Assembly (NCBI RefSeq): GCF_000284115.1
Contig: NC_017080.1
Location: forward strand, 150,001-182,000
Length of the DNA stretch: 32,000 nt
DNA from: Phycisphaera mikurensis NBRC 102666
GTDB lineage: Bacteria; Planctomycetota; Phycisphaerae; Phycisphaerales; Phycisphaeraceae
Reading direction: 5' to 3'
Numbering within the stretch: the stretch's first letter is position 1; each line of letters opens with the position of its first letter. Below are positions 26,609 to 32,000 of the stretch, in pieces. The notes below the pieces were generated by a model. The model searched no databases, was not told where the DNA came from, and worked only from the letters and a program-made list of their open reading frames with translations. A program made the translations under genes and the position numbers.

Positions 26609-29578
26609 ATGGCCCGCAGAAAGAAGCCCAGCAGCCCCAAGCCCGTCGTCGCGCACCGCCACACGGACGCGACGCGGCGGAACATCCCCACGGCGGAGAT
26701 GGAGCCGGTGATGGTGCGGGAGGAGGCCGCACCGAAGGACGTGAAGTACGCCCGGAATCAGCCCGGCGAGGAGGTGCGGGAGGCGATCGAGGCGCGGGAG
26801 CCGGGGCTGGACCCGCAGCTGGTGTGGCGGGGCAAGGACACGCGGCCGTTCTCGGAGCTGGTCGTCAAGGCCCCGCCGCTGTTCATCCAGGAGAAGGTGC
26901 ACCCGCGGGTGCTGGTGGAGGACCTGCGGCGGCAGACCGAGCAGGCGCGGATGGCGAAGGAGATCGCCGGCGGCGGCAGGACCGTCGATGAACAGATCGA
27001 CCTGTTCGCCGACTTCAACGGGCTGCCCGAGGACCCCGACGCCCGGACCGACTTCTACCACCACGACCAGCACTGGTCCAACCGGATGATCCTCGGCGAC
27101 TCGCTGCAGGTGATGGCCTCGCTCGCGGAGCGGGAGGGCCTCCGCGGGAAGGTGCAGGCGATCTACTTCGACCCGCCCTACGGGATCAAGTTCAACAGCA
27201 ACTTCCAGTGGAGCACCACCAGCCGCGACGTGAAGGACGGCAACGCGGAGCACATCACCCGCGACCCCGAGCAGGTCAAGGCCTTCCGCGACACGTGGGA
27301 GGACGGGATCCACAGCTACCTCACCTACCTGCGCGACCGGCTGACCGCCGCGCGGGACCTGCTGACCGAGAGCGGGAGCATCTTCGTGCAGATCGGGGAT
27401 GAGAACGTGCACCGGGTGCGGTGCCTCATGGACGACATCTTTGGCGAGAGCAACTTCCTAGCGTCCATCGGATTCACAAAAACTTCCGTTGGTCTTCAGG
27501 CATCATCTCGAGTCGCCCTAATCTTTGATTCCATTCTTTGGTATTCGAAGGATGAAGGCAAGGGTAAGTTTCGACGTCTGCTAGATCACAAAGGCGAAGG
27601 CTTCGACTCGCAGTATTCGCTTTATCTTGAAGATGATGGGAGCGCACGTGGTCTAACTCCGGAGGAGAAAGACAGCTTCCCCGATAGCATTGACGTCAAT
27701 CGAGTTCTCCAAGCAGATAACCTGACGAAGCCTGGCCCTGGCGCGAAGTATCAAGTTCATTTTCGCGGACAAACTTTTGATCCGGGGAAGAGATGGTGGG
27801 GAACAACCGAAGATAACATGAACCGCCTTTTGAAAGCGGGGCGAGCAGTTATATCGGGAAAGTCTCTTCGATACGCTCGTTTCTTCTCCGATAGCAGGTA
27901 CGGGCAACTAAGCAATATCTGGACTGGGTATCTTGGTCAGAGTTCGCCCACATACGTGGTACAGACCAACACAGATGTAGTTGCCCGTTGCCTCCTCATG
28001 GCCACCGACCCCGGCGACCTCGTGCTCGACCCGACCTGCGGGTCGGGCACCACGGCCACCGTCGCCGAGCAGTGGGGCCGCCGGTGGATCACGATCGACA
28101 CCAGCCGCGTGGCGCTCGCGCTGGCGCGGGCGAGGGTCATGGGGGCCCGCTACCCGTACTACCTGCTGGCCGACTCGCCCGAGGGGGCGAGAAAGGAAGC
28201 CGAGGTCACCCGCTCGGAGGTCCGCTCCGCCCCGGCGGGCGGGCACCGCGACGACCTGAAGCGCGGCTTCGTCTACGAGCGGGTGCCGCACGTGACGCTC
28301 AAGTCGATCGCGAACAACAGCGAGATCGACGTGATCTGGGAGAACTTCCAGGAGACGCTGGAGCCGCTGCGGGAACAGCTCAACGAGGCGCTCGGGACCT
28401 CCTGGGAGGAGTGGGAGATCCCACGGACCTGGGAAGAAGCCGTTGCCCGGGTGCCACGCCCTCCAGGGGGTGGTGAAACCGGTTCCGCGGAAGAAGACCC
28501 ACCCCCTGGAGGGCGTGGCACCCAGGAGGCGGAGGAGCTGCACGCGTCGTGGTGGGAGGCGCGGATCGCGCGGCAGAGAGAGATCGACGCCTCCATCGCC
28601 GCCAAGGCCGACTCCGAGTTCCTCTACGACAAGCCCTATGAGGACCGAAAGAAGGTTCGCGTGGCCGGGCCCTTCACCGTGGAGAGCCTCTCACCGCACC
28701 GGATGCTCGGCACCGACGAGAACGGCGGCCCGGTGGACTACGCCCCGGATGCCGCCTCCGCGGGATCCGCCGCCGTCGCGGCGGGGGACTTCAGTTCGAT
28801 GATCCTCTCGAACCTCCGCTCCGCGGGGGTGCAGCAGGCGGACAAGGGGGACCGCATCGAGTTCGACTCGCTGGAGCCGTGGCCGGGGAAGATGATCGCC
28901 GCCGAGGGCCGGTACACCCGCGACGGGAAGACCCGCCGGCTCGCGGTGCTCATCGGCCCGGAGTTCGGTGCCCTCCGCCAGAACGACCTGACCGTCGCCG
29001 CCGTCGAGGCCGCCGAGAGCGGCTTCGACGGCCTGCTCGCCTGCGGCTTCGCCTACGAGGCCAACACCAGCGACCTCACGCGCGTCGGCCGCATCGACGT
29101 CATCAAGGCCCGCATGAACGCGGACCTGCACATGGCGGACCTGAAGAACACCGGCGCCGGCAACCTGTTCGTCGTCTTCGGCGAGCCCGACATCGAGGTG
29201 CTGCCCCCGGAGGACGCGCCCGACGGTGCCGACCCCGCCGACTACGACGCCATCCGCGTCCGCGTCCGCGGGGTGGACGTGTTCGATCCGAAAACAGGAA
29301 AAGTCCGCAGCGACTCGGCGGACGGCATCGCCTGCTGGTTCGTCGACACCGACTACAACCAGGAGAGCTTCTTCGTGCGGCAGGCGTACTTCCTGGGCGC
29401 CGGCGACCCGTACAAGAGTCTGAAGACCACGCTGAAGGCCGAGATCGACCGCGACGCGTGGGAGACGCTGAACTCCGACGTGAGCCGGGCGTTCCCCAAG
29501 CCGGAGGGCGGCCGCATCGCCGTGAAGGTCATCAACCACCTCGGCGACGAGGCGCTGAAGGTGTTTCGGGTGGGGTGA
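26609..29578 (+). CDS. mod: Site-specific DNA methyltransferase, beta-class (Type III Mod-like), probably N6-adenine
   Basis: 989 aa. Motif IV IYFDPPYG (DPPY at 27170-27181) precedes motif I LVLDPTCGSGTTATVAEQWGRRWITID (about 28020-28100), which is the beta permutation. The family-typical N-terminus reads NIPTAEME...LVWRGKD. The ~340-aa C-terminal extension ends KVINHLGDEALKVFRVG. Confidence 0.9.
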   Translation: MARRKKPSSPKPVVAHRHTDATRRNIPTAEMEPVMVREEAAPKDVKYARNQPGEEVREAIEAREPGLDPQLVWRGKDTRPFSELVVKAPPLFIQEKVHPRVLVEDLRRQTEQARMAKEIAGGGRTVDEQIDLFADFNGLPEDPDARTDFYHHDQHWSNRMILGDSLQVMASLAEREGLRGKVQAIYFDPPYGIKFNSNFQWSTTSRDVKDGNAEHITRDPEQVKAFRDTWEDGIHSYLTYLRDRLTAARDLLTESGSIFVQIGDENVHRVRCLMDDIFGESNFLASIGFTKTSVGLQASSRVALIFDSILWYSKDEGKGKFRRLLDHKGEGFDSQYSLYLEDDGSARGLTPEEKDSFPDSIDVNRVLQADNLTKPGPGAKYQVHFRGQTFDPGKRWWGTTEDNMNRLLKAGRAVISGKSLRYARFFSDSRYGQLSNIWTGYLGQSSPTYVVQTNTDVVARCLLMATDPGDLVLDPTCGSGTTATVAEQWGRRWITIDTSRVALALARARVMGARYPYYLLADSPEGARKEAEVTRSEVRSAPAGGHRDDLKRGFVYERVPHVTLKSIANNSEIDVIWENFQETLEPLREQLNEALGTSWEEWEIPRTWEEAVARVPRPPGGGETGSAEEDPPPGGRGTQEAEELHASWWEARIARQREIDASIAAKADSEFLYDKPYEDRKKVRVAGPFTVESLSPHRMLGTDENGGPVDYAPDAASAGSAAVAAGDFSSMILSNLRSAGVQQADKGDRIEFDSLEPWPGKMIAAEGRYTRDGKTRRLAVLIGPEFGALRQNDLTVAAVEAAESGFDGLLACGFAYEANTSDLTRVGRIDVIKARMNADLHMADLKNTGAGNLFVVFGEPDIEVLPPEDAPDGADPADYDAIRVRVRGVDVFDPKTGKVRSDSADGIACWFVDTDYNQESFFVRQAYFLGAGDPYKSLKTTLKAEIDRDAWETLNSDVSRAFPKPEGGRIAVKVINHLGDEALKVFRVG
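28449..28523. repeat. Perfect 25-bp inverted repeat with 25-nt spacer (75 bp total) inside the mod coding sequence
   Basis: Arm 1 (28449-28473) is gggtgccacgccctccagggggtgg. Arm 2 (28499-28523) is ccaccccctggagggcgtggcaccc, verified base by base as the exact reverse complement. The loop tgaaaccggttccgcggaagaagac contains the palindromes aaccggtt and ccgcgg. Confidence 0.95.
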
Positions 29579-29581
29579 GGG

Positions 29582-29657
29582 ACCTGTCGCAACCTGCCCA
29601 TCGTTTTCCCGGATCTCGGATAGTCGTGTACAGGTGTGTACAGGTGTTGATAACCTG
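29582..29657 (+). promoter_or_regulatory. Phased CAGGT/ACCTG pentamer array including a tandem 10-bp direct repeat GTGTACAGGT x2 (29626-29645), upstream of the ATPase gene
   Basis: ACCTG is at 29582 and 29592, 10 bp apart. CAGGT is at 29631 and 29641, 10 bp apart and inside GTGTACAGGTGTGTACAGGTGT. ACCTG is at 29653, giving CAGGTgttgataACCTG. Each repeat unit contains the palindrome TGTACA. Function is unproven. Confidence 0.5.
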
Positions 29658-29662
29658 GTGCG

Positions 29663-30859
29663 GTGGACGCCGCCTCCAACCCTTTCGAGCCCGGTGCGGG
29701 CAACCAGCCGCCCGAGCTGGCAGGCCGGGACGAAGTGCGTGAGAAGGTGCGGATCGCGCTGGAGCGAGCCAAGCGTGGCCGCTCCGCCCGCGGGCTGATC
29801 CTGCCGGGCCTGCGTGGCGTGGGCAAGACGGTGCTGCTGCGGCAGATCGGCCGCGACGCGGCGGCCGCGGGCGGGGTGGTGGTGACGCTGGAGGCGCCGG
29901 AGCAGCGTTCCCTGCCGGCACTGCTGATCCCGCAGCTGCGGGTGGCGCTGCTGCAGCTCTCCCGCGTGGCCGCCGCGAAGGAACACGCGGAGCGGGCGAT
30001 GCGGGTGCTGACCGGCTTCACCCGGGCCCTGCGGGTCAAGTACCAGGACATCGAGGTCAGCCTCTCGGGCGAGGCCGAGGAGGGCTTCGGAGACAACGGT
30101 GACCTGGAGCAGGACCTGCAGACGTTGCTCGTGCAGGTGGGCGCCGCGGCCGCCGCGGCGAGGAAGCCGGTGCTGATCCTGATCGACGAGCTGCAGTACG
30201 TGAAGGTGACCGAGCTGGGCGCCCTGCTGTCCGCCAGCCACCGGCTCAGCCAGGAAGCGCTGCCGGTGATGCTGATCGGAGCGGGCCTGCCCCAGTTGCT
30301 CGCCCGCATGGCGAAGGCGAAGTCCTACGCGGAGCGGCTCTTCGAGTACCCGCGGGTCGATGCGCTGCCCGAGGAGGCCGCCCGCCGGGCGCTGGTGAAG
30401 CCCGCCGCGGACGAGGGAGCCGCCTTCGAGGAGGAAGCCCTCGCCGAGATCCTCCGCCAGACCCGCGGCTACCCGTACTTCCTCCAAGAGTGGGGCAAGC
30501 ACGCCTGGGACTTCGCCGAGCGGTCGCCGATCACGCTCGACGACGTGGTGGCCGCTTCGGCCGCGGCCGTCTTGGCGCTGGACGAGGGCTTCTTCCGCGT
30601 GCGGCTCGACCGCGTGACGCCGATGGAGCGGCGCTACCTCCGGGCCATGGCCGAGCTTGGAGAGGGGCCGCACCGCTCCGGCGACGTGGCCGAGCAGATG
30701 AACCGCTCGCTGGAATCGCTGGGTTCCACCCGAGACAAACTCATCCGCAAGGGGATGATCTGGAGCCCGGCGTACGCGGAGATCGCGTTCACGGTGCCGA
30801 TGTTCGACCGCTACCTGAAGCGGGTGATCCCGGACGCGGAGGCGGACGAAGAGCCGTGA
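29663..30859 (+). CDS. AAA/ORC-Cdc6-like ATPase with C-terminal wHTH-like region
   Basis: 398 aa with a GTG start. The N-terminus is NPFEPGAGNQPPELAGRDEV, Walker A is LPGLRGVGKTVLL and Walker B is PVLILIDELQYV. The C-terminal region reads TPMERRYLRAMAELGEGPHRSGDVAEQM...TRDKLIRKGMIWSP. Confidence 0.8.
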   Translation: MDAASNPFEPGAGNQPPELAGRDEVREKVRIALERAKRGRSARGLILPGLRGVGKTVLLRQIGRDAAAAGGVVVTLEAPEQRSLPALLIPQLRVALLQLSRVAAAKEHAERAMRVLTGFTRALRVKYQDIEVSLSGEAEEGFGDNGDLEQDLQTLLVQVGAAAAAARKPVLILIDELQYVKVTELGALLSASHRLSQEALPVMLIGAGLPQLLARMAKAKSYAERLFEYPRVDALPEEAARRALVKPAADEGAAFEEEALAEILRQTRGYPYFLQEWGKHAWDFAERSPITLDDVVAASAAAVLALDEGFFRVRLDRVTPMERRYLRAMAELGEGPHRSGDVAEQMNRSLESLGSTRDKLIRKGMIWSPAYAEIAFTVPMFDRYLKRVIPDAEADEEP

Positions 30860-32000
30860 TCTTCCTCCTCGCCGACACGCTAACCCGAGCGCTCGCGAAG
30901 CTCACGAACCAGGAGCAGAAGCGGGTGAAGCTCACGTGCTTCCAGCTTCAAGTGGACCCCACCGGACACGGACTCCAGAAGCACCGAATCGACCATGGGA
31001 AGGACCCCAACTTCTGGTCGGCGCGTGTCAGCCGCGACCTCCGGCTGATCCTTCACCAGACGGGCAGCAGCCTCCTCGCGTGCTACGCCGGGCACCACGA
31101 CGACGCGTACGCGTGGGCGCAGCGCCGGCGGCTGGAGACGCACCCGCGGACGGGGGCGGCGCAGCTGGTGGAGGTGCGCGAAGCGGTGGAGGAAGCAAAT
31201 CCGCGGACCGTGGCCGAAAACGAGGAAACACCGCCACGGTCCGCGGATTCGGCGCCGGGAGTGCCGATCTTCCGGGGGGAGAGCGACGAGCGGCTGCTGT
31301 CCTTTGGCGTGCCGGAGGACTGGCTGCCCGACGTGAAGGCGGTGGTGGACGAGGACGCGCTGCTGGCCCTGGCCGACCGGCTGCCGGCGGAGGCGGCGGA
31401 GGCGCTCCTGTCGCTGGCGGTGGGCGAGGAGCCGGAAGTCACGCCGGCGACCGAGCCCGCTACGCCGGAGGAGGCCCTCGCCCACCCCGACGCTCGGCGC
31501 CGCTTCCACCTGATCGAGAACGATGCGGAGCTGGAGCGGGCCCTGGAGGCACCCGCCGACGGCTGGGCGGTGTTCCTGCACCCCAGCCAGCGGAGAATCG
31601 TCGACGCGACGCCGGCGGGGCCGACGCGGGTGGCCGGCTCGGCGGGCACGGGCAAGACGGTGGTGGCGCTGCACCGGGCGGCGCGGGTCCTGGCGCAGCG
31701 GCCCGAGGCCCGGGTGTTGCTCACAACCTTCGACCCGGTGCTGGCCCGGCAGCTGCGGCGGAAGATGAGCCTGCTGCTGGACGAGGACGCGAGGAAGCGG
31801 CTGGTGGTCAGGTCGCTCGACGACTTCGCGCTCGATCACCACGAGGCGGCAGTGGGCAGCGTGACCGTCGCCACCCGGGGCATGGTCCGCCGGGCGGTGG
31901 AGGACGCGCACGCGGGAGCTGCCCACGCGTTCCCGTGGCTCTCGCCGGAGCTGCTCGAGAGCGAGTGGCGGGACGTGGTGGACGCGTGGCAGATTGAGTC
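30856..32000 (+). CDS. UvrD-type (SF1) helicase with RelE/ParE-like N-terminal domain; 3' end beyond window
   Basis: Absent from the track because it is open at the window end. My translation from GTG 30856 is stop-free to 32000. It reads VIFLLADTLTRALAKLTNQEQKRVKLTCFQLQVDPTGHGLQKHRIDHGKDPNFWSARVSRDLRLILHQTGSSLLACYAGHHDDAYAWAQRRRLETHPRTGAAQLVEV... then an acidic/Pro linker, then FLHPSQRRIVDATPAGPTRVAGSAGTGKTVVALHRAARVLA (Walker A). The GTG overlaps the ATPase TGA (GTGA). Confidence 0.75.
   Translation, partial: MIFLLADTLTRALAKLTNQEQKRVKLTCFQLQVDPTGHGLQKHRIDHGKDPNFWSARVSRDLRLILHQTGSSLLACYAGHHDDAYAWAQRRRLETHPRTGAAQLVEVREAVEEANPRTVAENEETPPRSADSAPGVPIFRGESDERLLSFGVPEDWLPDVKAVVDEDALLALADRLPAEAAEALLSLAVGEEPEVTPATEPATPEEALAHPDARRRFHLIENDAELERALEAPADGWAVFLHPSQRRIVDATPAGPTRVAGSAGTGKTVVALHRAARVLAQRPEARVLLTTFDPVLARQLRRKMSLLLDEDARKRLVVRSLDDFALDHHEAAVGSVTVATRGMVRRAVEDAHAGAAHAFPWLSPELLESEWRDVVDAWQIE

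Noticed and set aside
26551-26991. 146-aa plus-strand ORF and minus-strand ORFs (26576..27412, 26261..26575) around the mod start
   Set aside because: They are out of frame with or antisense to the clearly recognisable methyltransferase and AlbA_2 genes, and their composition is low-complexity Pro/Gly/Arg/Ala.
28691-30673. 660-aa minus-strand ORF antisense to the mod 3' end and the ATPase gene
   Set aside because: It is a Gly/Arg/Leu/His-rich shadow frame, while the plus-strand frames carry Walker motifs and conserved methyltransferase C-terminal sequence.
30880-31926. 348-aa minus-strand ORF and 353-aa plus-strand ORF (30936..31997) at the right edge
   Set aside because: Both are Arg/Pro/Gly-rich. 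The third plus frame, from GTG 30856, is stop-free and contains the RelE-like and UvrD Walker A motifs.

Overview
High-G+C bacterial chromosomal segment, about 65-70% G+C in hand-counted 60-nt lines. The gene content (sulfatase, Shine-Dalgarno-poor pyrimidine-rich leaders, FliW/CsrA flagellar module, a Minf_1886-like protein) suggests a Planctomycetota-like organism; this is inference only. All calls come from motif recognition in the supplied or self-made translations, and no database search was run. Positions 1-7.8 kb hold housekeeping genes: a partial SpoIIE/PP2C phosphatase open at the window edge and absent from the ORF track, a GT2 glycosyltransferase, ugd, an MlaE permease, 5-formyl-THF cyclo-ligase, a small acidic conserved protein, a TPR protein and dapB. 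Positions 7.9-17.3 kb hold one minus-strand late-flagellar cluster: flgI, rod-binding protein, flgN-like, flgK, flgL, fliW, csrA, fliC, then a TPR-like ORF. Positions 17.5-21.1 kb hold aguA, aguB and a sulfatase. From 21.6 kb to the window end lies a same-strand five-gene defence-type island: a Type III-like Res helicase-nuclease, an AlbA_2/HATPase_c_4 protein overlapping the res stop, a 989-aa beta-class DNA methyltransferase, an AAA/ORC-like ATPase, and a helicase ORF with a RelE/ParE-like N-terminus and UvrD-type core that is cut by the window. The ATPase and helicase ORFs are joined by a GTGA overlap. The strongest second-look items are that ATPase+helicase pair, which I cannot assign to a named system; a sharp ~50% G+C cassette at the expected TRD position of the methyltransferase; a perfect in-frame 75-bp palindromic element inside mod; and phased repeat arrays in both island spacers. 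In the flagellar cluster, the fliC leader has a GGAGG/CsrA-type site, and the csrA and flgK leaders are extreme polypyrimidine tracts. No tRNA, rRNA, CRISPR array, transposase or integrase was recognised. Most long ORFs in the track are high-G+C shadow frames.
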